From Ascoidea asiatica JCM 7603 (Eukaryota > Fungi > Ascomycota), in assembly GCA_001600695.1 (NCBI GenBank), contig BCKQ01000004.1, positions 1,435,205 through 1,499,204 on the forward strand: a DNA stretch of 64,000 bases, read 5' to 3'. The translations under genes were made by a program, and so were the position numbers. Shown piece by piece: positions 24,414 through 36,922 of this stretch. Position 1 is the first letter of the stretch, and every line of letters starts with the position of its first letter. Under the pieces are notes generated by a model. That model worked only from the letters and a program-made list of their open reading frames with translations, made no database searches and had not been told where the DNA came from.

Positions 24414-27304
24414 TTAAAAGAAAAGAGTATTACAACGAGAGCTTTCATGAATTGGCATTTCTGCTTTAACCGCATTTAATTCTTCCCTTATCTGTTGAGC
24501 TAATAGAGGAGTTAATTGATTACATGTTGCTATTTCTGGATGTCTATCATATTCATCTCCATTATAAGTTTCATATAGAATAATCCTAGAAGAAAATTTA
24601 ACACTTCCATTAGGAAATTTTCTTCTTGAATTTAATGAGGTTCCTGAAAAAGATTGCGGCAAAAATTGTAAATTTCCTCCATATGATTTATTTGGAGGAG
24701 CAACAGGTACAAAATTTCTATATCTCTCTTCATTTGAATATGAAGATGTATTATCTGAATTTTCATAAGGATAATTATAATTTCTATTAAATGAGTCTTC
24801 AGAAGTATTACGAACATGAAGTTGTCCTTCATTGAATGCAGGAGCCTTGAGACCTTGATATTGTGAATTGTCTCTAGACAGATTAATATCTTCTTGAGGA
24901 GGAATAAAACTTCTTGAAGGTTCATGTTCACTAGAAGAAAATTGTTGTTTATCAAGCGCTGATGATGGGGCAGTTAATGTTCCATCAGAAGCAGTACTAA
25001 TGTCTGCATTAATAGGCTCGGGTCTAACATTATTTTGGGCATTATTATTAGAAATGTTCTTAATTGGAGAGCGCTGACTTGGTACGGAAGCTGAGGTACT
25101 TGATATTTGTGGAGATGGAATTGGGGAAAACTCAAGATTTAAACTTGAATTATCAAAATCAATGTCAGGTATTTCAATTAACCCATTATTTGAATTAGTC
25201 GAACTTAAACTTTTATTATGCTTTTTATAATCATCATTAGCAATATGTTTGTTTTGTTGTTTGGAAGGCTTTTTATCTGTTGTTTGATTATTTCCTGAAA
25301 CGGTTTTATTACCATTAGTAAAAGAGGCTAATTTGTCTTCTGCAATAACATCCTTTTTCTTATTTAATGTAGATCTTCTTTCAACAGTATAATCATTCAT
25401 ATTCAAATGTAATTGCTGATCATCATCTTCTTCTGTTTCATGAATGGATTGATGAAATGATGAAACAGATGGTTTATTTTTCAAAATACTATTAGTTCTT
25501 CTAGGTAATACAGGAGGTTCATTAACTTCCTTTCCACCAATTTCAACTATCATTCCGCTTTCTTTTGCTTTAACTTCAAGAGATTCTCTCTTACTTTTTC
25601 TACTCATCATAGAATCATTTCTGTGATGATTCTTAACAGATCTAACAGATCTTTTTCTTTCTATTGAAACTATAGATTCAACTTCATGAACGTCTAAAGA
25701 TTTAGGGAATAAAACTTCGCCATTATCATAATCATCAACAGGACTTTGAATTTCAGATTCTGTTGAAGAAAATGAAAGTCTATCATCATCATCTTCATCC
25801 TTTTCAACAATTTGATTGGGGTTCTTAGATCTGGATTTTTGCATTTCATGATGTTTTTGAATTTTCTTTTCACCTTTTTTATTTTTTTCCTTTTCAGATA
25901 AAGTAGGAGAAGCAGGAGAGGTAGATATTGTTGGAGGTATACCTTTATAACCAGAAACTTTTGAACGAGGAGATGATTTAGTTGAAGAAGCTTTAGATGA
26001 AGCTTTAGAGGAATCCTTTGAAGAATTTTTAGAATTTGAATTATTGTCAAGATTAGGATTTAAAGACCTAGGTGTGATAGACATATCATTATCAAGTAAT
26101 TCATTTGAATAATGAACTTCGTCTCTTAATTTTGAAGGAATTAAATGAGATTCATTTGAACTAGAAGGTTGATGATGAGTAGTAAGATTTGAATCGTTAT
26201 CAAAGCTAAGATTATGAATATTAGTAGAGCTATTATTACTATTAGTATAATTATTACTATTATTACCATAATTATATAAATCAGGGGTTGAATAATTATT
26301 TGTAGAATAATAATTATCATTATTTGTAACTTCATGTAAATTTGAAGAACTCATTTTTCTTCTAAAAGATTTAAAAAATCCCCCACCATTTGAAGAAGAA
26401 TTAGTACTTGGTAAACCGTTACTACTTGAAGAAGAATTTTTTCTAAAAAATCTATTTTGAGTGGTTTTATGTAAAATAAAAGAAATTGAAGTTCTTGTAG
26501 TCATATTTGAATGTAAAGATTCATTATCATTATCAGTACGATCATAAATATGATCTAAACTAGTTGTATTTGAACTTGCATTATCATTTAAAATTGATTC
26601 TGAATATTCATTATTGATATTTTTTTTATGAATAAGATGTTCGATATTTGAAGAAGATGCAGATCTTCTACCTTTAAAAAAAGAAATAATTGAATTTCTA
26701 TGAGATTTTTTAGTTGGATTTGAACTTAAATTAATTGAAGAAGCAGAAGATTTTAATTTTGAAGTTGTAAATAAAGATTGTGAAGAGAGTTTTCTATTTA
26801 AACCAAAATGACCTTGAGAAGAGTTATTTCTACTTGATTGAGGATATTGATTATTATTATAATTGATTGAATTAGTTTGAATTGACATATTTGTTGAAGT
26901 TGAATTTGAATTAACATTATGTAAGTTATTATTATTATTATTATCTATATTTTCCTGTTTATTATCATAATTACTATTATTATTACTATAATTATTGATA
27001 TTATTGTTTTTATTATTGTTATTGTTATTAAAATTATTATTATTATAATTATTAACACTTTCATTGATTAAATTTTCAGTAATTTTATTACGTAATTTAT
27101 CTTTTGATTTTAATTTCATTGAGTTATCTACTATATCATTATTTATATTTGAATCAGAATGTTTAGATAAAGTTTTTGGTTTATTTCTTAATTTTGATTT
27201 AGATTTAGATTTTGATTTAGATCTAGATTTCTTTTCTTTTTCTTTTTCCTTATCTTTTTCTTTTTGATCCAAATCTTGTTTATTGTTATCTTTATCTTTA
27301 GTTA

Positions 27305-27344
<40 letters not shown>

Positions 27345-27751
27345 TGAGATTGAAATTGAAGAGAATTTTGAAGATTTTGAAAAAGCGGATAATTTAGTTG
27401 ATTTAGATCTTTTAATATTATTATCATTTGAGAAAGAATTTAAATTGGATAAAGAAACAGATTTTGATTTAATATGATTATTCTTTTTATTAAAATTATT
27501 AATATTATTTTTACTTTTATTAATTTGAGTGGAAGTATTAATTGATTGATTTGAGATTGAATTTGAAAAAGAATTTGAATTTGATCTTGTATGAGATTTA
27601 AATTTAGAATTATTAGATTGATTTTGAGGTATTGATTTAGATGGTAATTGATTAATATTTGTAGAAGAGTTAGTTTTTTTATAATTGAAACCTATAAATG
27701 ATTTTCTATTATCTTTGTTGTCTTTATTATCATCAATATCTTTGTTATTGC

Positions 27752-27829
<78 letters not shown>

Positions 27830-28412
27830 CTTTATTCTTATTTACATGATTATTAATATTATTTGAAGATAATACTGGATTATTTGTTGTTGGAGAAGCT
27901 ATAGTTGGAGTAGATATTGAATTATTAATAATTTTTTTTTTAACTGGGGATGGAGTAACCATATTAAAATCTTCATTAAATTCTTCAAAATCTTCATCAG
28001 TATTAATATTAGATATATTATCATTTATGTTATTACTTATTTTATCATTTGTATTATTATTTATATTATCATTTATAGTATTATTTATCTTTTTATTTAT
28101 TTTATTGTTATTTATCTTATTATTTATATCAGCGCTTGTATTAATATTTATATTTGTATTTGTATTTATATTTGTATTTGTATTTGATTTTGTATTTGTA
28201 TTCAAATGAGGATCATAATGAGGATCAATTGGAGATTGATTTATTATACTGTTAAAGTCATCATCATCATCATCGTCTTCATCATCAGAAGTAAGGTTAT
28301 TGATTGTTATATTATTGATATTTTTATTTGTAATTTTATTATTTGTATTATTATTAGTGAGATTTTTATTATTTGGATTAATAATTTGAAATTGAGAAGA
28401 AATTGTAGCCAT
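24414..28412 (-). CDS. BNI4: Bud-neck PP1 (Glc7)-targeting scaffold, Bni4-like; Asn/Ser-rich
   Basis: C-terminal SVKFSSRIILYETYNGDEYDR...LTPLLAQQIREELNAVKAEMPIHESSRCNT. This is an RVxF-like motif plus a phactr/Bni4-type tail. The rest is low complexity. Confidence 0.8.
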
Positions 28413-29878
28413 TTTGATCTAATTTTTATTTGATTTGATTTAATTTGATTTGATTTTGAGTATTAATGAATTGATATGATAAGATGAGATGAATAAAAGA
28501 TACAAAGAAAGAAAAAAAGAAAGAGTTATATAATTGAATATTGTAGATAATAAATACTAGCGGAGATTGATTATATAAATCGAATAAAAGGAAGATAATG
28601 AAATTATATTGACAATAAGAGAATATAAGACATAGATGGTAGGTATTAAAGGATAGATGAGTAAAAAGCAATGGCGATTGTGATGATTGTGTTGAAAATG
28701 AAGTATTTTGAGGATTTTGAGGAGGTTTGGAAAATAGCAGATGGATTTACAGCTCTGTTGTTATTTAGAAAAGTAACGAAAGAGAACGAAAGAGAAAAGA
28801 ATGAAACATAAAACACCGGTGGAAAATGTTCTGGTGACTGTTGGCTTTCTTATATAATTAGTATTCTATAATACTTTATGGTATATTTATTATATTGTGT
28901 TCTATTCTATTATATTATATTCTATTCTATTCTATTCTATTTTTTTATTGTGAAATATATTGAATAGTATATTTAGTAGTATATTGGATAATATATTTGA
29001 TAATGGAGCTGATATTCTTGGTTTGCTACTTGATTATATTTTGTTGTAATTCACAGCAGTACTTCAGTTGGATATTTAGTATGAGTCTGCTCTGTTTCAG
29101 CAGTTTTAGAATTCTTCACTGCTGTGTTTGTATTTTGATCTTTTCTTCCTTCTTCAGTTTTTCTCGTGAATTTTCCACTTTCCACTTTCGCTTCCACTTC
29201 CACCGTGCGTTTTCCAGAGCCAAACGGGAATCTGAACAGCACCCATCTCGAGCCGTGGCGGTGGAGTTCCCCATTCTGCCAGGTGGCACCCGGATGTGGC
29301 AGTGCAAGGTGTGGTTTAGCTCTGCGTGCCTGACGGAAGCCTCCCGGATCACCCACACACCTGCATCCGGTCCACGGCGCGACGCCCGCTGCCCAGATCT
29401 AGACTTCAAAACACGAGAACCTGATGCTTTCCACCAATCAAATGCCTTCTCTAAACTCCTTCCAGTTAGTTGACAGGACAACAAATTTCACCGGTAACCA
29501 CAGAAATGGGATTTTAGACTAATTTTAAACTACTTTTAAATTAATTTTAAACTAATTTCAAACTAACTTTGATCTGAGCTGCTAATGTTAAGTCAGGAGA
29601 AGCAGAAATGTACTGCCACCGGTATACACCTTCTACTAACTATGTGCACCGTACTATTTATATTTATTTATATTTATTTATATTTATTTATTTTTATTTA
29701 TATTTATTGATGTTTATTGATGTTTATTTATTCATATTTATATTTAGTTTTCCACTTTTCTGCCTCACTTTCCTTAACTGGCACGTGAGTGAGTCTGAAG
29801 TAAATACAGGGTTCATACAGGGGTCTAGCATAGGGGGTCTGTCTGCGAGGTTTTCAAAGGAGGTCTACATGAACATAT

Positions 29879-30183
29879 CCCTTTAATCCCAATTTTTGTG
29901 CTTTTTGTCGTAAAGCAATTTAACAGCTAAACGAGGCACGTGAGTACCAAACACTGTAGGTATTTACAATTTGTCTACAAAAACTAAACGGGATCTTAGA
30001 AAGACCACGTGCTTTAAAGTAAACTACTTGAGTAAACAGTATTACTACATCCCTACTTAATGCGGGATTAATGTTATAACTTATTTTTAATAAATATTTC
30101 AATTTTTTCTACACAGGTTTACACGTGCTCGTAAAGCCCAAAATTGCTTTACGACAAAAAGCACAAAAATTGGGATTAAAGGG
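29879..30183. mobile_element. piggyBac-like MITE (305 bp)
   Basis: Perfect 43 bp TIRs CCCTTTAATCCCAATTTTTGTGCTTTTTGTCGTAAAGCAATTT at 29879-29921 and 30141-30183. ATAT flanks both ends (29875-29878, 30184-30187). The TIRs are homologous to the ends of the element at 42979-46801. Confidence 0.9.
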
Positions 30184-30283
30184 ATATACTCAACTTAAAA
30201 CATTAATCATTTCAATCATTTCTCATTTCTATTCATTCACTTATTATAAAACAATAAAACCAATCTAAATCTAATCTATTCAA

Positions 30284-31151
30284 TCAGTTATTCGAGAATA
30301 TTGAACTAACTATTATCTTTCGTTTACCTCTATTACTATTATTATTATTATTATTGTTATTACTACCATTAGTATCATTATTAGAATCATTAGTGCTATT
30401 ATAATTTATTTTCTTTCCATTTTTTTCTTTAATCATATTATTATGTGAAATTTTCCTTCTTTTATCAATTGAATCTTTATAATTCCTTATCATTAATTTA
30501 CTTTCTTTGCTTCTATTTATTGTATCTTCTTTATTAACCATATTACTTTTATTATCTTTGATTCTTTTTGAATTTAAATCATTCATTTCTCGTTGTCTCT
30601 TTATTCCAGAAATCCTTTCTTTCATATTATTATTTTCATTATTAAGAAATATAGATGATGTTATAACTTTACTTTTATTTTCACATTCATTCTTTATTCT
30701 TTTTTTTCTTCTATTATCAATAACATTATTATTTCTCACTTTATTATTTTCAACTTTCTTTAAAACTTTATCAATACAATTTTCTTTTTTTTCTAATCTA
30801 TTGAAATTGCTTATATCATTTACTTTATTATTTAAATTTCTTGAAATCTTTCTCATAATATTTGATTTATAATTACTTCCATTATTTCCATTACTTCCAT
30901 TATTATAATTATAATTATAATTAAAATACATATTTTTTGGTTGAATAATTTCAATAACTTTTAATTTTTCTTTTTCTTTGATCTCTTGAAATTTTTTCAA
31001 ATTTTCTTTAGCAATTATTCTTTTTTCATTTAATTTATTTGAATATTTTTTATAAAATTTAAAAAAAAAATCTATTTTCATTTTCTTTTTATCTAATTTA
31101 AATAATTTTATACTCTCTTGAAGTTTTAAACTAAATCTTTCATTATCATTA

Positions 31152-31207
<56 letters not shown>

Positions 31208-31516
31208 CGTTTTAGTTGTCATTAAATTTGGAAAATCTTTTTTTATTAAATTTAACCAAAGTTCATTAGAATCTTCTTTAAAAACTGAATGTTCAATTTC
31301 AATTTCTTCTAATTGTTTTGCACTCATTTTTATTAAAATTGGTTTCAAAATTAAAAAATTTGTAAAAAATCCAAAACTTTTAATTAATTTTATATTCTTA
31401 TTATCATTTAATTCATTTAAACATAATTTTGTTAATTTTGGTATCCCATTTTTTTTATAATCTAATCTATTTTTCATATCTCTCTTAATTTTATCTTCTA
31501 AAATTGTTTCATTCAT
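30284..31516 (-). CDS. ELA1: Elongin A-like protein
   Basis: BC-box-like IPKLTKLCLNEL, then ILKPILIKMSAKQLEEIE and ELWLNLIKKDFP. Low-complexity K/N-rich C-terminus. Confidence 0.7.
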
Positions 31517-31905
31517 TTTTCTTTTTCTTATTTATTTATTTATTATATATAACCTTTAATCATTTATTTAATCAGATATTTAGTTATTCAGTTATTCAGT
31601 TATTCAATATTTAGATATATCATTAAATTATTGCTTTACTTATTTGATTAATTAACTAAAAGTTTTGATTATTTAATTATTGTATCATTCCATTAGTATT
31701 TTAAATTATAATGTTAAAGTTACTTACTTGTATTTTCAATTATTGCCCTTTTTCCAAATCATTTACGCCAAAAGATGTATGGGTGCTTACTAAGGACATC
31801 CGTACCTCAAGAAACCTCTCGATGTAAACCCACTAGACTGGCTTTAAGCTTACCTAATTGAAAAAAAAAAAATATTAAAAAGAATTTCTTCAATGCAAAA
31901 AAGAA

Positions 31906-31988
31906 TGAAGGATGCGAGGTTCGAACTCGCGCGGGAATTTCCCAGTAGATCTTAAGTCTACCGCCTTAGACCACTCGGCCAACCCTCC
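31906..31988 (-). tRNA. tRNA-Leu(UAA)
   Basis: Reverse complement of 17965-18047. Confidence 0.96.
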
Positions 31989-32330
31989 AATTTATTGTTG
32001 AAAAATGGCTTCTACAATTGGTACTATCTTATTAATTGCGTGCTTCCTTGAGTTGAATAATTTTTGTGGCGCATTTCTTTAATATTACAAGTAAACTAGT
32101 TTTAGCTTTAGTTTTTAGGTTCTGTTACTATTTAAAACAATGATTGATAAACTTACCATGAAGACAAATAATTTTTGGTTATTTGATGTTATTTGTATTG
32201 AAAGAATGAAGAATTAATGAAATACATAATGGATGTTTTTGAAATACTAAAAAATATTTATAGGAGAATTAAGGTATTAAGTTTTGAAGGTTGAACCCAC
32301 AAAAAAAAGAAGAAAGAAAGAACAAATTAT

Positions 32331-34340
32331 TTAAATAATAGTAATATTTAATTCAGAAGGAGTTAAATCAACTTTTGAATCAAAATCTGAATGTGGTTGA
32401 TCATATAAACCTAATGGAATTTGATTAATTAAATCTTTACTTTCAATAAAAACACTTGCCATTCCTGCAGCTAAATGAGTTTGAATATGACAATGAATCA
32501 TCCATGCTCCTGGATTATCTGCAACAAACCTAATGATTGCATAACCTCCAGTAATAACTGCAACATTATCAACATATGGAGGATTTTCAAAATTAAATAA
32601 ATCATCTTCACCATTTTCTAAAGCTTCTTCAACTGATGAATATGGAAATGTTGATATTGAATCATTTTTAGCAATAACCCAAAATGTATGACCATGTAAA
32701 TGCATTGGATGATCTGCCAATGGAGAATTTTGAAAAATTATATCAACAATATCACCAGATTCAATTCCAACATCAATTAATGAAGCACTCATACTTTCTG
32801 TGACATTCATCATTGGATCTTCAATTAAAGAGAATAAAATTGGATAATCTAATTCCATTCCGGCATTCATTGGTGTTCCTCCATAAATTGAAAATGTTGT
32901 TTGTCCAGGTCTTGCAAGATATGTATAAATTGTTTTATCGCTTGCACCAGATTTAGGTACTAAAGTAGAATCATATGGAATTGTTTCTAAAGGATTTACT
33001 TGTTTAAAATTATCACTTAATAATGTACCTGCAGTATTTTGATAACTTTCACCATTACTTAATAAATCTGTTTTATTTTGAATTTCTAAAGAAGTTTCAT
33101 TATCATATGAGCCATATTTTAAGTATGCATATCCATTATATAATTGTGGCATATCTGCACCAGAAATTCTAAATAAAAATGGATTTGAAATATCCTCATG
33201 CTCAGATTCTTTAGTTTTGATTAAAACTGTAAACCTTTGTCCTATTGGTAAATATAATTGTTCACCTTCAATTGGATTAACAAAAGAACCATCAATTGCA
33301 ATTACAATAAATTTATGATCATCTATACTAATACTTTTTGAAAATTCTCCTCCAATATTCATAATATTCATCATTACAAATGAATTATTATTTGTATAAA
33401 TAATTTCTAAATCTGAAGTTGTATTAAAACAATCGGTCATTGTACCTGGAAATTCTAAAAGATCTTCATCATAATCAATTGAAGAAAACCCATTTAAAGC
33501 ACCTAAATACATACAACCATAAGTATCCATATAATAAGAATCTGATTCTGTAAGTGTCATAAACTTTTCATATTTAACTGAACCATCACCAGCAATAACA
33601 TCTTGTGGAGTACAATAATGACGACCTTTACCATTAATTAACATAGATTGAACACAAGTTGGATCCATACCAAATGCAAACATTTTTGAAGCTACATCAT
33701 CATAAGGTTCTTTAAACCAATCACCAATCATAAATAATTGAGGAGATTTTTCTAATTCATTTAATAAATTTAATTCATTTGAATCTTGAGTAATATTACA
33801 ATATGGTTTTTCAATATTATTTGAAGGTTGAATATAAATTGGACCAGCAATACCATCATTTGCATAACCTCTATAATGAGAATGATACCAATAAAAACCA
33901 TATTGATCGGCTTTCCAAACATAAGTATAAGAATCACCAGTTAATATAGGAAATTGAGTAACACCAGCACTACCATCAGCAAAATTTGTACCTTTTTGAT
34001 GAATACCATGAAAATGAATTGTTATTGGTACAGTTAAATAATTTGTAACTTCAATTACAATCCAATCACCTTGAATTGCAGAAATTTGTGGACCTGGAGA
34101 TTGACCATTAATTAAAAAACCTCTTCTATATCTACCATCAGGTTTTACAGTTGTTTCTGTTAAATTCCATTCTTGATATTGTATATTTGCATTTTCAGGT
34201 ATAATTGATAAGGGATCTTCAACATATGAGTCTGAATTATGTATTAAAGTTATATTACTTAATGGAATAGCATAAGTTAAAGAACTATATTTGAAAAAAT
34301 TCAAAAAAATAAGAGAAAAGAAATTGAATAAATTCCTCAT
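32331..34340 (-). CDS. Secreted multicopper oxidase (laccase/ascorbate-oxidase-like)
   Basis: Signal peptide and four Cu motifs: HFHG, WYHSH, HPMHLHGH and HCHIQTHLAAGM. No C-terminal TM helix. Confidence 0.92.
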   Translation of the reverse strand: MRNLFNFFSLIFLNFFKYSSLTYAIPLSNITLIHNSDSYVEDPLSIIPENANIQYQEWNLTETTVKPDGRYRRGFLINGQSPGPQISAIQGDWIVIEVTNYLTVPITIHFHGIHQKGTNFADGSAGVTQFPILTGDSYTYVWKADQYGFYWYHSHYRGYANDGIAGPIYIQPSNNIEKPYCNITQDSNELNLLNELEKSPQLFMIGDWFKEPYDDVASKMFAFGMDPTCVQSMLINGKGRHYCTPQDVIAGDGSVKYEKFMTLTESDSYYMDTYGCMYLGALNGFSSIDYDEDLLEFPGTMTDCFNTTSDLEIIYTNNNSFVMMNIMNIGGEFSKSISIDDHKFIVIAIDGSFVNPIEGEQLYLPIGQRFTVLIKTKESEHEDISNPFLFRISGADMPQLYNGYAYLKYGSYDNETSLEIQNKTDLLSNGESYQNTAGTLLSDNFKQVNPLETIPYDSTLVPKSGASDKTIYTYLARPGQTTFSIYGGTPMNAGMELDYPILFSLIEDPMMNVTESMSASLIDVGIESGDIVDIIFQNSPLADHPMHLHGHTFWVIAKNDSISTFPYSSVEEALENGEDDLFNFENPPYVDNVAVITGGYAIIRFVADNPGAWMIHCHIQTHLAAGMASVFIESKDLINQIPLGLYDQPHSDFDSKVDLTPSELNITII

Positions 34341-35898
34341 AATGTTTTACTTTTATTTTTTTTGGCTTTTTGAAGGAACGTTAATGATATCAAAGACAAT
34401 TTCTAAGAAAATAAATTATCAATGAAATGAAAATGAGCAAATTAAACTACATTGGTTAAAAATTAAAAGAGATTTTTTCTTATTTATATTTTTTCATATA
34501 AAACAAAATGAAATAATATCTTGCATGTTTTAAGATAAAAAAAGCATTTTAAAGAAAAGAAAAAAATTATAAACCGAAAGTGAAGAGAATTGTAGAATAT
34601 TAAGTTTTTTGGTAATAAAAACTATTTAGAGTTTTTTGTTTTGAATAATAAGTTTTATAGTTTACAAAAATATGACTAGAGAAATATTGAGATATTGAGA
34701 TATTGAAATATTGAAATATTTCAAAATTTCAATAAAAAATATTGAATGATATAATCATAGGGATATAAATCCACTTGGAAACCGGATAATTGTTAAAAAA
34801 TGGGAAACAAAGTTGGAAGTTTCACTAATAGAACATGAAATTCAATCTGAAAATGAAAAATGCTGAAATGATGGTAGAAAAAGATCTAAATTAAAGCAGG
34901 TATGAGACTTTCTCGATTTGGAACATTTCCTTTCAAAATCAAGGAAATTAGTCTCCACAAAGAATATGATTAAAATTATATTTTAGAAACTTCAGTACAT
35001 AATTGTAGTATGTATTCCTCTTACAAAAGCAGAATCATTTTGCTGTCTTATAATTAATTAATTAACAGAGCTAGATAATCCAAAACAGTGGAAGACAAAA
35101 AGTAGGTACAGTATCTGTTAATAATTGTTCAATTCATAACAATATCTCTTTGATAATACTAAATTTGAGTAAACTGCTAAAGCAACATTACTGGTACAAA
35201 AAGTAGTCGTAAAATTTCCTTCCCATTTCAAAAGGAACAGATTCTGGCATTAATCCTGGGATTATTTGTGAGAATGAATTTTTCTCGGCTGTTCTTGTAA
35301 TAGCCCAAGTTATTATCAGATTGTTTTTCAAGCTTTTGCAAGGCAAATCCAATACCAGATATTGAAGTCAATGCAAACAACTTGCATTTAAACTTAAGGC
35401 AGTAAGAATTGTTCAAACAGGAAATTTGCTGTCTCTGGTAGAAATTGAACAAGCTAGCTAGTCTATTTGGCAGTAATGTTAGTTTTTATTACTTTTCATC
35501 ATCAGAGATAGAATAAATAGTGAGAGTCGATTATTTGAATCCTCGCTTCTTCTTGTCTGTGGTTTTTCGGTTTTGAAGCTTTGAAACATAAATGGATTTA
35601 GTATCGGACTCGGCTGGCATGCTTTTGTAGTGTAGTGCAGTACAGTAGAGCTAAAGCAGAGCAGAAACGTTTGTTTGCAATTCGCCATTTCTCTGCTCTT
35701 CAACCTGGAACCAGCCACATTTCCCAAGTATCCTTGTATTTGGTTCTCTGAACACTCTAGCATAACGCCTCGATACGGCTAGTGTTTTAGTGGCGCTATA
35801 ATGAGAATGAGAACAAAAGTTGAAGTATTCTAGGCCGGTTGCACTAGATTATTTTTGACATGTCCTAGAAAGATAATAAAAAAAAAAGCCAAAAAAAG

Positions 35899-35998
35899 TC
35901 TCCTGGGGGTGAGTCTATCACCCGATCTCAAGATAACTTTGATTCTCACAAAGTGAAACATTACAGTCTCGCGCCTTAGCCAGCTTGGCCACCAAGAG
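35899..35998 (-). tRNA. tRNA-Tyr(GUA) with 26 nt intron (35935-35960); mutated T-loop, possible pseudogene
   Basis: CTCTTGGTGGCCAAGCTGGCTAAGGCGCGAGACTGTAA[intron]ATCTTGAGATCGGGTG-ATAGACT-CACCCCCAGGAGA. The T-loop reads ATAGACT instead of TTCGACT. Confidence 0.85.
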
Positions 35999-36556
35999 AG
36001 CTTTATGAAATAATTGAAACAGAAGAGCTTCAGTAGTACTGTACTAATAACAGTTTGACTTGTTTTTGTATCACATGACATATCCATTTAATAAGCAATA
36101 TTATCACAGAAAACAGTTAAAATATATGGAACCGGTTTCCTAATTTAGGCATGTTTTCAGTGAATATAAAAAGAAAGCTCTGAAGTAGGAAATCATCTCA
36201 GGACTTTGTTTATAAAGTACGCAAATGAAGAAGATTAATAGCTTCTAAGAATCCTTTCGTTCAACAAGAATTTTAACTAGAAAGGAGATTAAGCGTACTT
36301 TAACTTAATACTGGAAAGCAATGAACCACTTTTGCAAAAAGCAACATAATTTATTTCAACTATTTTGAAATTTAACATAGCTGAAAGTGAAAAATTCTGT
36401 ACTTCAAAAATGATAATCATTATAAATATGAAAAAGATTCTCTTTTTATATTAGATTAATTAGATAAATTCAAATCATCCAAATTGTCATTCATATAATT
36501 TAATATAAATCAATTAAAAATAACAAGCTTATATTACTTTTAAACTCCAATTCAAA

Positions 36557-36922
36557 ATGCCTATGAAATATACTCCAAGAAAAGAAGGTTTTGAAAAAAA
36601 ACCACCTCAAATTCCATCTCCTGGTAATAATTCATTCTTAGGTGATATTTTCACTTCTGAAGCTCCAAAAGAAGAACAAATTTCTTGTGGTTTTTATAAA
36701 CAAGAAAAAGGTGAACCTTTAGTTTATCATTATGATTATGATGAAATGAAAGTTATTTTAGAAGTTGAAGGTGAATATTTAATTTCTGATGAAACTGGTT
36801 ATAAAGTTAGTGTTAAACCTGGTGATGTATTTTATTTTAAAAAAGGTTGTACTATAACTTTTGAAACTACTGGTTATGGTTATGCTTTCTTCACTGGTTT
36901 ACGTCCAGCTGATTGTGCTTAA
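36557..36922 (+). CDS. Small cupin, EutQ/DUF861-like
   Basis: 121 aa. ISCGFY...LVYHYDYDEMKVILE and VKPGDVFYFKKG are cupin motifs. Strong codon bias. Confidence 0.8.
   Translation: MPMKYTPRKEGFEKKPPQIPSPGNNSFLGDIFTSEAPKEEQISCGFYKQEKGEPLVYHYDYDEMKVILEVEGEYLISDETGYKVSVKPGDVFYFKKGCTITFETTGYGYAFFTGLRPADCA

Noticed and set aside
27750-27830. Long (ATT)n arrays and other short tandem repeats (also 15425-15475, 17812-17845, 31160-31205, 40771-40813)
   Set aside because: Poly-Asn codon tracts or slippage microsatellites typical of this genome. There is no repeat-spacer structure, so they are not CRISPR-like.
28997-29484. Three overlapping ORFs of 101-158 aa
   Set aside because: They sit in a GC-rich upstream regulatory patch where stops are rarer. 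There is no recognisable domain and the codon usage is unlike that of the real genes.
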